DNA of 64,000 nt from assembly GCA_965205975.1 (NCBI GenBank), contig OZ242195.1, positions 800,001 through 864,000 on the forward strand, written 5' to 3'. Source of the DNA: Candidatus Latescibacterota bacterium (GTDB lineage Bacteria; Latescibacterota; UBA2968). The position numbers and the translations under genes are program-made. Below the pieces are notes generated by a model that was not told the DNA's origin, did no database searches, and saw nothing but the letters and a program-made list of their open reading frames with translations. Shown here in pieces: positions 48,688 through 58,066 of the stretch; the first letter of the stretch is position 1, and every line of letters starts with the position of its first letter.

Positions 48688-51174
48688 TTATTCATTCCGC
48701 AAGGCATCTACAGGATTTGATCGAGCTGCCTTCATTGTCTGGAAACTCACTGTGATCATGGCAATAAGGAAAGCCAAGATACCACTTAACATAAAGAACT
48801 CAAATCCAAGATCTACCCGATACGCATAATTCTGAAGCCACTGCCACAGGGCATAGTAGCCAATCGGCCAGGCCAAGAGATTTGCAAGTGCGACCAACTT
48901 TGCAAAATCACTGGATAGCAACATAACAATATTGGATACAGACGCTCCCAATACCTTGCGAATGCCGATTTCTTTTGTACGGTATTGCACACTCAATGTG
49001 GCCAACCCAAGTAACCCCAAGCAGGCAATCAAAATACCAAGGGTTGAAAAGAAACCAAAAATATAGCTCAGTTTTCTTTCATTTTTATAGATTCGATCCA
49101 AATTCTCATCAAGAAAAGAAAATGTGAATGGACGATTGGGTATATACCTTTCCCAGACTTTTTGTACAAATGCCAGTGTTTGAGATAAATCTTCAGATTT
49201 GACCTCTAGGTATAGTAGCCTTGCCTCATGAAATTCTGCAACCAATACGAGTCGTCCGATTTTTTCGTCAAGAGGTTTGTAATGAAAATTTTTGACAACA
49301 CCGACGACTGTGCCGGAGCGTAGTCCATCTGGGTAGAACGTGCCTCCAACCTTCCAATCAAATCGTTTCCCTATTGGATTTGTCCAACCCAATTGCTCGA
49401 CCGCTGTTTCATTCAAGATAAACTGCTCGTCTAATTTTTCCCTCAGTCTTTGCGGGTTTGTTGTTTCGGCATATGATCGCGTGAAATTCCGGCCTGATAC
49501 GCATTTAATGCCATAGAAATCTAGAAAATCCTCATCCACGATTATCACATCCATACTGTACGTGGATTTTCCTTCGGGATGGAATGTCTCTACTGTTGCT
49601 CCTTCTCCAACAGGGCCACGGGTGGTTGTTGCTCTGAGAATATTGGGATGCGTCGTGAATGCCTGCTTGATGGCGTTGTATTGGCTCTTGAAAAGCGTGG
49701 GATTGATCATCTGGTTGCTATTCGCTGCCTCAAAAATTGGAACTTCAATAATCTGCTCGCGGTCGAATCCCAAATTTTTATTTCGAAGAAATTTCTGTTG
49801 ACTGTAAACACCCCAAGTGACAACCATCAATAAAATGGCAAGAGCAAATTGTCCTACAACCAAACTCTTGCGAAGCCGAGTAGAGACGTTTGTAGCGGAT
49901 TTACCTCTCAACATTGAAACAGGGCGAAATGTCGATAAGACAAATGCCGGATAACTCCCTGCCAGAATACCGACGATGAATATAAGACCGAAAAGGCTGA
50001 GCAATAACTGGGTTGTGTTGACATTGAGTGTAATAGCGCGATCAAAAAACGAATTGAAAGTTGGCAATGCCAATTCTACCAACACCAAAGCCAAGATAAG
50101 CGCCATACAAGCAAAAAATATAGATTCGCCCAAAAATTGTGTGATGAGCTGCAATCGGTTTGCACCGACAACCTTACGAAGCCCGACCTCTCGCCTCCGC
50201 CCAATTGCACGAGCAGTTGTTAGGTTTATAAAATTCACACAGGCAATTACTAAAATAAAAATAGCAAGCAAAGAAAACAAATACACATTTTGAATGTCAC
50301 CATGAGGTTTACTGGTCTCTGGAGTACCACGATTCTCAATTTTGATGACATAATCATGATTGGAGTATAGATGGATGCGGTTTAGGGGCTGCAAATGATA
50401 TTGAATGTTATTTGCAGTTGCTTCGCCCAGGTATTTCGGAATCAGATCTGAAAGTTTGCCTTCAAGTTGATTCGCATCATAACCTTCTTTAAGCAAAATA
50501 TAGCTTTCTACAGGACGCCCCCCTCTCGGTTTCCAAGCCATCCATTTTTCTTCCCATCGCCCATTTTTAGTCGCCGATAAAATATCGAACCGAATGGCCG
50601 TCTGCGCAGGCATATTTTTTAAGACGCCTGTAACGTGATGCGCATAATCTTTGTCGTCTTCCTCGATCAGAATGGTTTTGCCAATCGGATTTTCAGTGCC
50701 AAACAGTTTGTGTGCAAGTCTTTGAGTGATTAAAACGGAACCTGGTTCTGAGAGAACCGTTTCGGGATCGCCTTGAATCAGTGGAAAGTCAAAAACCTGT
50801 AGAACATTCTCGTCTGTAAGGCAAAAGGCTTGTTTGTATATTCTCTTATTGTCAGCAATTATTGTTCTTTGCCAGCGATGGATACGCAAAGCCTCAGAAA
50901 TTTCAGGATATACATCCTGATTCAAGACTTCTACGAGACCTCCTAATGTGCGCTCACTAAAAGCTGCTTGGTCAACTGTTTTAGTCTCTCGAATCACCCT
51001 GTAAATTTGATCTCGATTCCTTTGGTGCTGATCAAAACCTAATTCATAGTCGATATAGAGGCCTATCAGGATACAACAAGCCAAACCAATGGCTAATCCG
51101 ATAATGTTCAGAGCTGAGTAGAAACGATGGTTTATCAGGTTTCTCAGCATTATTTTGAGATAATTTTTCAGCAT
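48688..51174 (-). CDS. MacB/FtsX-type ABC transporter permease
   Basis: MLKNYLK start, ACVNFINL, REVGLRKVVGA, KEIGIRKVLGA, NPVDALRNE. Confidence 0.95.
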   Translation of the reverse strand: MLKNYLKIMLRNLINHRFYSALNIIGLAIGLACCILIGLYIDYELGFDQHQRNRDQIYRVIRETKTVDQAAFSERTLGGLVEVLNQDVYPEISEALRIHRWQRTIIADNKRIYKQAFCLTDENVLQVFDFPLIQGDPETVLSEPGSVLITQRLAHKLFGTENPIGKTILIEEDDKDYAHHVTGVLKNMPAQTAIRFDILSATKNGRWEEKWMAWKPRGGRPVESYILLKEGYDANQLEGKLSDLIPKYLGEATANNIQYHLQPLNRIHLYSNHDYVIKIENRGTPETSKPHGDIQNVYLFSLLAIFILVIACVNFINLTTARAIGRRREVGLRKVVGANRLQLITQFLGESIFFACMALILALVLVELALPTFNSFFDRAITLNVNTTQLLLSLFGLIFIVGILAGSYPAFVLSTFRPVSMLRGKSATNVSTRLRKSLVVGQFALAILLMVVTWGVYSQQKFLRNKNLGFDREQIIEVPIFEAANSNQMINPTLFKSQYNAIKQAFTTHPNILRATTTRGPVGEGATVETFHPEGKSTYSMDVIIVDEDFLDFYGIKCVSGRNFTRSYAETTNPQRLREKLDEQFILNETAVEQLGWTNPIGKRFDWKVGGTFYPDGLRSGTVVGVVKNFHYKPLDEKIGRLVLVAEFHEARLLYLEVKSEDLSQTLAFVQKVWERYIPNRPFTFSFLDENLDRIYKNERKLSYIFGFFSTLGILIACLGLLGLATLSVQYRTKEIGIRKVLGASVSNIVMLLSSDFAKLVALANLLAWPIGYYALWQWLQNYAYRVDLGFEFFMLSGILAFLIAMITVSFQTMKAARSNPVDALRNE

Positions 51175-51257
51175 GTGTCTGCCCCCAAAGAAGTGATTTC
51201 GGTTATTGGCAATTTCAGTTTTCATGAAATCAACATAATGGATGCACTCTGGGGATT

Positions 51258-51279
51258 ATTAACGAACTGTTACGGTAAT
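51258..51279. repeat. Second copy of the 22-bp motif seen at 35279
   Basis: ATTAACGAACTGTTACGGTAAT. Confidence 0.6.
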
Positions 51280-51407
51280 TCATACCAAATCTATGTATCT
51301 CCGACCTTGCGGGAATTCTTCTCTTCAGAGGTTGTATTCCGAACATGTTCGCAGATGCTTCCTCTGGAGGCATCATTTCTATTCAGAACCCGCCTCCTTT
51401 CCCTCCA

Positions 51408-52325
51408 TCAACGCACCTGCCCCATAGGCCATTCCGAGGTCGGCCTACCTTGCCAGGTTGATCGTCGAAAGAATCGCCCACCTGGGGGGCGGCTAAACCA
51501 GCTACTAATTGCGATTCCCCAAAAGTGCTCAAAGGATCTGTCTTTTAGATTTGCGTCACAGTATTCGTAGTGCGACAAGACCTCGTCGAGGAATGACTCT
51601 CCGTATATCCAGAACCCATAGAAATCCTTAGCGGGATCTGTGATTTCGATGTCCCCCCAGTCTATGATCCCAGTAAGTCTTCCGGTTGAGGGATCATGAT
51701 AGATGTGTTTGTACCAGAGGTCGTTGTGAGCCAGCACAGGCTCGTATGAATGATTGATGCTTTCACTTCTTTCGATCCATGCTTCGAAAACATTGCGGAC
51801 CTCACGTTGAAGCTCGTCAGCCCGTTCAGCGAATAACTCCTTCCACATCCTGCGGCGCCTGACCGATGCGTCGCCCTCTACTACGCCGAGGCTCCGTGCC
51901 TTTGCGACCGGGTAGCTGTGGAGTTCGCTGATGAAAACACCCAGCCTCTGAGCGGCCTCGCTGCGGTTTGCCTTGGAAAGTCTCCAAAACCGCCACGGCG
52001 AAATTCGAGTCCCCGGAATTGTATGGTATCCCGCAAAATCTGACGCCTTCGGCACGAATGCATAGTCGGGAATGGGTATTGTCTTCAGGCTGCTTCTAAG
52101 GGCATCCAGGACGGTCCGCTCCCTCGTCAGATTTGTTTCCTCATCGTTCTCGAACCGGAAAGCGATGCCATTGTCCAACAGAATCATTACATGATCGGGA
52201 TCGGCAATGGTCTGAACTCTTCGGTAATTTGCCCACACGAGATCTGGAAAGGCGTTTCTGATTCTCTCCAGGTAGTAGCTGGAAGCCAATGGGGGCATTC
52301 GGCAAGAAATGTCTGAATGATCCAT
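51408..52325 (-). CDS. APH-family phosphotransferase
   Basis: FISELH, HNDL, GIIDWGD, DPAKDF. Confidence 0.85.
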   Translation of the reverse strand: MDHSDISCRMPPLASSYYLERIRNAFPDLVWANYRRVQTIADPDHVMILLDNGIAFRFENDEETNLTRERTVLDALRSSLKTIPIPDYAFVPKASDFAGYHTIPGTRISPWRFWRLSKANRSEAAQRLGVFISELHSYPVAKARSLGVVEGDASVRRRRMWKELFAERADELQREVRNVFEAWIERSESINHSYEPVLAHNDLWYKHIYHDPSTGRLTGIIDWGDIEITDPAKDFYGFWIYGESFLDEVLSHYEYCDANLKDRSFEHFWGIAISSWFSRPPGGRFFRRSTWQGRPTSEWPMGQVR

Positions 52326-52372
52326 CCGGTGACCTTTCTCGACTACGGACGTATTAGCAGAAGTCAAGCCGC

Positions 52373-52999
52373 TCAGGCCGCAGTCAGCAAAATAGGCTGG
52401 CCATCGGTAATAACGACGGTATGCTCAAAATGAGCCGAAAGAGATCCGTTTGAGGTCCTTACGGTCCAACCGTCGCAATCTTCAACGGCTTGGGCTGGAT
52501 GCTCGGCAATCATAGGCTCAATGGTGATCACAAGACCATTCGTAAGCGGCTTAGAATCGAACGGATTGTAGGTGTTTGCAACGATGGGATCCTCATGGAT
52601 AACCCGACCTACCCCGTGCCCTGCAAGCTCACTGACAACCCAGAATCCTTGTCGTTTCACCTCGTGCTCTACGGCATGACCGATGCAATTGATCGGTTTG
52701 TTTGCGCGAGCTACGGCCACCGCCTTTTCAAATGCCGTACGGGCACATCGACACAATCTATCGGCTTTCGCGGAATATGGAGGAATCGGGATGGTGATTG
52801 CTGCATCTGCAATGTAGCCGTTCAATTCAGCGGTGACATCCAGACTTACAATGTCACCCTGTTCCAGCACTCGATCACCCGGAATACCGTGAATGATCTC
52901 GTCATTGACACTGATAAGATTGACGCCAGGAAAACCGTAAAACAGCCGAGGTGCGGAGGTTGCCCCGTATCGATTGAGCACCGACTCGCCAACGCGATC
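52373..52999 (-). pseudogene. map: Type I methionine aminopeptidase, 5'-truncated by IS3
   Basis: SVNDEIIHGIP, GDIVSLD, GHGVG..HEDP, TIEP, SAHFEHTV; N-terminus lost at the IS3 end. Confidence 0.88.
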
Positions 53000-53044
53000 T
53001 GTAATGGTTCAAAGTAAATTGGAATTTTGGGTGTTGTAGTTAAG

Positions 53045-53977
53045 CTACAAATGGGCAACGGGTTTGACGGCTCTGAGTTGGGCACGCAAGCATTTTGCTT
53101 GCGCCAACTTGCGTTTTCGTTCTCGAAAAATAAGTGGTGCTCGACCACACAGTTTATCAACAGGCGCGATATACCCGATGCTGGCGTGGTATCTCTTGTG
53201 GTTGTAATGCGCGACAAATCTGGCAACCACTTCTCGCGCCTCCTCCAAATTCGTCGGTGTTTTGGGACGAATACACTCGCGCTTGAGCGACTGGTGCCAC
53301 CGCTCGATCTTGCCATTGGATTGCGGATAAAACGGCGAAGTGCGCACATGGGTCATCCCGCAGTGTCTGATAAAGGACTTGAAGGCAAGGGCAATAAACT
53401 GTGGACCATTGTCCGAGATGATACGCGGCCTGACGTTGGGGAACTTTTCTCTGCCTCTTTGAATAATGATCTCGACATCTGCTTCTCGCATCGCTTCTCG
53501 AATCTCAAAATGGACGAGAAAGCGACTATAGCCATCTAAAAGGGCACATAAGTAGTAGAAGGTCCCGCAGATATTCAAATAGGATACATCCACATGCCAG
53601 TGCTGGTGTGCCCGTGTTGGCTGGTCAAATCCTGTCCCCTTCTTTGAGACCTTTTTTAAAGTTCGACTAAGCAGATCGGCGCCTTTGAGCACGCGATACA
53701 CGCTACTGGGTGAAACAGCTACAACATCTTCATCTATCATCTGATACGCCAAACGACGATACCCCTGGTCGGGGTGCGCTATGGCATAAGTGATAATGGC
53801 TTGCTTCTCCCAGTCCAAGAGCCAGGAACTCTTGGGCAGTGACCCATAAGTGCCATTGGGCGCACCATACCGGGCTTTCCAGTCATAATATGTGCTTGTA
53901 GATAACCCTAATAAGGATAAAAACTGACCGATAAAGATACCGGTTTGCTTGTGCCAATGGACCACAAAATCAATCAC
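53045..53977 (-). CDS. IS3 transposase OrfB (DDE), likely expressed as OrfAB by -1 frameshift
   Basis: WHVDVSY, SDNGPQF, NGKIERW. Confidence 0.92.
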   Translation of the reverse strand: MIDFVVHWHKQTGIFIGQFLSLLGLSTSTYYDWKARYGAPNGTYGSLPKSSWLLDWEKQAIITYAIAHPDQGYRRLAYQMIDEDVVAVSPSSVYRVLKGADLLSRTLKKVSKKGTGFDQPTRAHQHWHVDVSYLNICGTFYYLCALLDGYSRFLVHFEIREAMREADVEIIIQRGREKFPNVRPRIISDNGPQFIALAFKSFIRHCGMTHVRTSPFYPQSNGKIERWHQSLKRECIRPKTPTNLEEAREVVARFVAHYNHKRYHASIGYIAPVDKLCGRAPLIFRERKRKLAQAKCLRAQLRAVKPVAHL

Positions 53978-54012
53978 CGCATCGCGAATGACCCTCGAAA
54001 TCGGACGTTGAC

Positions 54013-54321
54013 TCAGGTCTCCCCAAGACTTTTTTTTAGAAAAATGTGCTCTTCCATCAGTTCTGACAACACTTCGTTCTTTGTTGCCAATTTGGCCTCT
54101 AAGACAGCAATCTTTCTCGCCTGCTGTTTCTCATGCACACTCTGCTTTGGCGCAAAGGCTGAGGTACCTTGCTCGAAAAACACCTTCTGCCACTGGTAGA
54201 ACATCGTCGGGTGAATCCCGTGTGCATCACACAAATCTGACACGGGCACGCCATCTAACAGATGACGACGCAAAATCGACACCTTCTCTTCGGGAGAATA
54301 TTGCTTACGCTTCTTCGACAT
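54013..54321 (-). CDS. IS3 transposase OrfA (HTH)
   Basis: RKQYSPEEKVSIL, GIHPTMFYQW; AAAAAAAAG slippery run near the 3' end. Confidence 0.92.
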   Translation of the reverse strand: MSKKRKQYSPEEKVSILRRHLLDGVPVSDLCDAHGIHPTMFYQWQKVFFEQGTSAFAPKQSVHEKQQARKIAVLEAKLATKNEVLSELMEEHIFLKKSLGET

Positions 54322-54398
54322 GGACTCCTCCTTGGGGACAGCCCAATTTATAGCTTATCAATGCACCACAAAAGTCCATTTCTATCTGAAGCATAACA

Positions 54399-54671
54399 TT
54401 TCGTCTTCTCAATAGCTTGCGCCATCATTTCTGGCGCGAAGTCAATTGCGGTCACCCTGGCACCTGCTTCTGACAGATAAAGGGTATGACGTCCCGTGCC
54501 GCAGCCGATATCAGCGACGCTGAGTTCCTGGATGTCCCCCAACAGGGATCGCAATAACGGCTCTTCCAAAATGATCAAGGAATTGTCCTGCGTATCGTAC
54601 GTATCAGACCAACGAGCGTAGCCTTGCCGGACAGGTACGGTTTCAAGATCGGCCCCAGACCCATTACTCAT
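54399..54671 (-). pseudogene. Class I SAM methyltransferase, 3'-truncated by IS3
   Basis: GGAGG RBS; GYARWS, DIGCGTGR, AIDF; ends at the IS3 end. Confidence 0.85.
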
Positions 54672-54749
54672 GTTGTATGCCTCCAGGAAATGCCCCCACG
54701 CCAAGATCATCTCCGCATAGATGTCATTTTTTTACAATTATTTAGATAC

Positions 54750-54782
54750 TAAAAGCCCACGTCTTTTGACTGTGGGCTTTTA
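54750..54782. terminator. Bidirectional intrinsic terminator at the core/accessory boundary
   Basis: TAAAAGCCCAC-N11-GTGGGCTTTTA. Confidence 0.8.
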
Positions 54783-54816
54783 ATGTGATTTCTACCTCTC
54801 GTAACTAATTTATAGA

Positions 54817-55566
54817 TCAGATTTCGGTCTTTTCCTTCAGAGAGAGAAGTTGATCGCGGAGTTCTGCGGCGCGTTCGAAGTCTTCGAGGCCCACGGCTTC
54901 GCGGATCTGGTCGCGCAGGTCCTGGGATAGGGATTTGGGGCGGTCGCGGCGAATCTCGTCTGCCCATTCCTGGAGGAAGGCGATTTCTTCACTTTCGTCA
55001 ATGAGGTCGTGACGGTCAAATTCTCTGAAGAAGGCTCGGAGTTCGTCAATGCCGTCGTCAATTTTTGACAGTGCCATATCATAGGCTTCGCGTTCGAGAT
55101 ACATCAGGACTTCGGCCCTTACGCGGTGTCCAATGACAAAGGGGCGATAGTGCTCAAACGCCATACGGTCTTCCTCGTCTTCTGCGTATTCTTTGACAAA
55201 GTCGAAAAGTTCGAGGTTGCGTTCGGCGTCTTTTTTGGCGTTGAGATATTCGCCTATTTCGAGAAAGCTAATGCGGCGATGATAATATTGGAGGGCTTCC
55301 ATCTGGAGTTCCATACAATTTTCAGAATTGAGCGCAAAGTTTTCTGGACCGCGTTTTTGCGCCAGCGCTTTGTAATAGTGCAAGAGCGATTCATACCCTT
55401 CGGGCTGTTGACCGTCGGGGCGGCCGGTGACATCCATTTGCAAGATGCCCATTTCGATGCGGAGTTGAACTTTGGCGCGACCATCATTCCCTCTGATTTT
55501 GCGAACACACAATTGCCCGGGTTCACAGGGCCAGTCATCCAGAAGTGGCTGAATATCTTTACTCAT
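54817..55566 (-). CDS. UvrB/UvrC (UVR) motif-containing protein
   Basis: C-terminal EAVGLEDFERAAELRDQL; GRPDG and EALQYYHR motifs. Confidence 0.8.
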   Translation of the reverse strand: MSKDIQPLLDDWPCEPGQLCVRKIRGNDGRAKVQLRIEMGILQMDVTGRPDGQQPEGYESLLHYYKALAQKRGPENFALNSENCMELQMEALQYYHRRISFLEIGEYLNAKKDAERNLELFDFVKEYAEDEEDRMAFEHYRPFVIGHRVRAEVLMYLEREAYDMALSKIDDGIDELRAFFREFDRHDLIDESEEIAFLQEWADEIRRDRPKSLSQDLRDQIREAVGLEDFERAAELRDQLLSLKEKTEI

Positions 55567-55617
55567 CGGTGCATATCCTCCATTGGTAAATTGGCTGAGG
55601 ACAATAAGCTCGAAAGC

Positions 55618-55646
55618 AGTTTACGATAATCACTATATGTTGTCAA
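55618..55646 (-). promoter_or_regulatory. Sigma70 promoter
   Basis: TTGACA-17-TAAACT. Confidence 0.7.
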
Positions 55647-55674
55647 GAAATTAGCGGGAGATGCTCTTCACGTC

Positions 55675-56721
55675 TCATCGTACTTTGGGTATTGACACAC
55701 TCAGTTCATTTGCTGTTTCTACTGTGTTGTCCCAGGTTTCGTCTTCGATAAAGACACCTTCTGCTTCGCGTTTGGCGCGTGTGTCGTGTTCGATTTCTCC
55801 CGGGAGATAGATTTTATCGACGCCGGGCTGGGTGCGAGAGGACTTGATCCAGTCGCAGAGACGGCCAATTTCGTTGAGATAATCGGAGAGGTCGATAAAG
55901 CTGTCGATTTTGATGGCGATGGCGATATAGCCACTGCCGCCTCGCGTGGGTTGTTCTGAACTGCATCCCGCCCATGAGAGGCCGCCCGCGATAGCGTCGA
56001 TCATCATGCCCAGGCCATATCCCTTGTGGCCCTGAGGTCCGCCCAGAGGCAGCATTGCCACGTCGTTGCCTTTAAAGCGATTGGGGTCATTCACGGGATT
56101 GCCGTCTGAGTCTATGAGCCAGCCATCGGGTGTTTGTTGCCCCCGCGCGCGATACACATCGACTTTGCCACCGGCAGACATACTGGTGGTTATGTCGAGC
56201 ATGAGGGGAGGACCGTGGGGGGTGGGGGCACTAAAGGCTATGGGATTGGGGGGGAGGCGTCGGCTCGTGCCGCCAAAGGGGGCGGTGAAGCGCCCGCCGC
56301 CGTTGAGCATGAGCAGGCCAATGCAGTTGCGTTCAGCTGCTTTGGGTGGATAATCGCCCAGGCGACCGATGTGACTGGATCGGTGAACGGCTACGGCGCC
56401 GATGGTGTGTTCGAGGGCGCGGTCGGTAGCCATTTGCATGGCTTTGTGGGCGACGACAATGCCGATGGTGCGCTCGGCATCAATGACGGCTGAAACGGGG
56501 GTTTCTCGAATAATTTTGAGTTCGCGTACGGGTTTGATGTTGCCGCTTGTGATAGCGCGAATATAGCCCGGCGTGCGAATAACACCGTGCGAATCGTGTC
56601 CGTAGAGGTTGGCATCTACTAGGTGGTCGGCTACGATGTGAGCCTGATCTTCTGGAAATCCCGCCGCACTGTAGAGTTCGCGTTGCAGGGTCCGAAGGTG
56701 CGTTGCGTCAATAATGGGCAT
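55675..56721 (-). CDS. Ldh_2-family (malate/L-lactate/hydroxycarboxylate) oxidoreductase
   Basis: GHDSHG, HIGRLG, NPIAF, GHKGYGL, LPGE. Confidence 0.92.
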   Translation of the reverse strand: MPIIDATHLRTLQRELYSAAGFPEDQAHIVADHLVDANLYGHDSHGVIRTPGYIRAITSGNIKPVRELKIIRETPVSAVIDAERTIGIVVAHKAMQMATDRALEHTIGAVAVHRSSHIGRLGDYPPKAAERNCIGLLMLNGGGRFTAPFGGTSRRLPPNPIAFSAPTPHGPPLMLDITTSMSAGGKVDVYRARGQQTPDGWLIDSDGNPVNDPNRFKGNDVAMLPLGGPQGHKGYGLGMMIDAIAGGLSWAGCSSEQPTRGGSGYIAIAIKIDSFIDLSDYLNEIGRLCDWIKSSRTQPGVDKIYLPGEIEHDTRAKREAEGVFIEDETWDNTVETANELSVSIPKVR

Positions 56722-56768
56722 ATAGTTATGTCCTTTCGAAAAGGATGAGCGTGTGTGCCAGAATCTGT

Positions 56769-57920
56769 CTATTGGATTGCTTGACGAACCCAGTCGAGCG
56801 CGGAGAGCGGCATGATGCCGTAGTTGTAAAAGGCGAATTTGGTCACGCCTTGTTCTCGGGCTGCCCGAAGATTGGCACAGAGGGTTTCTGCATCGGGGGA
56901 GGCTGGGGGATAGGCTTGAAGTCCAACAACGAGTTGGTCTGGACTCTGGATGATAGGTAAAAGTTCTGAGACTCGCGTTCTGGTGTGTTGGGGATCGGCA
57001 GTGTAAGAAAGAATTTCTACACTGTCAGCAATTTGTGCAATGGCTTTGGGATTCGATCCCGTGATTGTTGAATCGCCCATCAAGATATAGGAGAGTGGGA
57101 CATCAACGGCCGCTTTGAGTTCGCGCACGAGGGATGTGACAATTTCTTCGCGCATGGCGTCAAATGCTTCGAGGTCTGGTATTGTACTTTTGAGGTCTGT
57201 GATCGTTTCCCGAACGGGTTGACCGGTTTCAAAGGCCGTGCGGATTTTTGCGGTGACAGTGCTTTGTAGCTGGGCAATGTCGATATTGGCTTCCATCGCT
57301 CGTTTTTTGCAGCTATCGCAGAAACAGAGTGAAAAGAGATAGCGTCCGCCAGCACCCAGGTCAATACCGTGTTTGGCGTGGTAGTGCAGATGACCCCAAC
57401 CAGAGTAGGCGAGGGATTCGCATTCGAGGAGGGAGATGCCGTAGTTGAGCACCAGATCGCGAGAGAGTGCGATGGCAAAGGCGCGCACGTCTGGATTGGC
57501 AGGGCAGAGGGCAGATGTGCTGATGTCACCTGTGCAGCGGACTTCGGCACATTGGGGATGGGATTGCGCCTGATGGGAGTTGTGAAAAAAGACGGTCCAT
57601 GAATTGAGATTTATACCAGCGGATGTTGCGGCTTTTGCTGCTTCGCCCCACCAGTTTTCGTTTTGCATCAAAGGGCTAACATGTGGTTTGATCGCGCCGT
57701 AAAGCGATTCCTGTGGTTCAAAATAAATCGCTGATTGTGAGACCTCGAGTGTGTTATTGGCGGGTAGATGGGGGCGCAGCATGTCAAAGGTGTGGTAAGC
57801 CGATGCCAGGTTGATGGCGTCGAGTTTAACTTCTCCGCGGAGTTTGTGGAGAACGGCGTCATAACCTTCGTCGCGTAAATCCCAGGGATAAGTCCACATG
57901 GTGGCGTTGAGCGCAGGCAT
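56769..57920 (-). CDS. Hypothetical protein with glycoside hydrolase-like TIM barrel
   Basis: YPWD, AYH, LCPANPDVR, LCFCDSC, FYNYG. Confidence 0.65.
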   Translation of the reverse strand: MPALNATMWTYPWDLRDEGYDAVLHKLRGEVKLDAINLASAYHTFDMLRPHLPANNTLEVSQSAIYFEPQESLYGAIKPHVSPLMQNENWWGEAAKAATSAGINLNSWTVFFHNSHQAQSHPQCAEVRCTGDISTSALCPANPDVRAFAIALSRDLVLNYGISLLECESLAYSGWGHLHYHAKHGIDLGAGGRYLFSLCFCDSCKKRAMEANIDIAQLQSTVTAKIRTAFETGQPVRETITDLKSTIPDLEAFDAMREEIVTSLVRELKAAVDVPLSYILMGDSTITGSNPKAIAQIADSVEILSYTADPQHTRTRVSELLPIIQSPDQLVVGLQAYPPASPDAETLCANLRAAREQGVTKFAFYNYGIMPLSALDWVRQAIQ

Positions 57921-58004
57921 TGGGATGCTCCTTTCTTTGTATGAAACATGGTATTTTCATTTTGAATAATTTCAAAGCGATTTTTGGAACGGGTTGAAAG
58001 AGGA

Positions 58005-58033
58005 TTGACTTTTTTCCCAAAATATGGTATAAC
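58005..58033 (+). promoter_or_regulatory. Sigma70 promoter for the Gfo/Idh/MocA-ispH unit
   Basis: TTGACT-17-TATAAC. Confidence 0.7.
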
Positions 58034-58066
58034 CTGTTTTGTATTTAATACAGTTTGGAGGAATGG

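Larger units (their letters stand above)
53000..54398 (-). mobile_element. IS3-family insertion sequence
   Basis: Imperfect IRs TGTAATGGTTCAAAGTAAATTGGAATTTTG / TGTTATGCTTCAGATAGAAATGGACTTTTG; orfA and orfB; no target duplication. Confidence 0.92.

Noticed and set aside
51228..51262. Possible dif/pdif site (AATCAACATAA resembles a XerD arm)
   Set aside because: No XerC arm at the 6-bp spacing; at 35262 the spacing is also wrong
1..54720. Calling the region a complete integron or a Bacteroidota-type PUL
   Set aside because: No intI, attI or intact attC, and no SusC/SusD pair in the window
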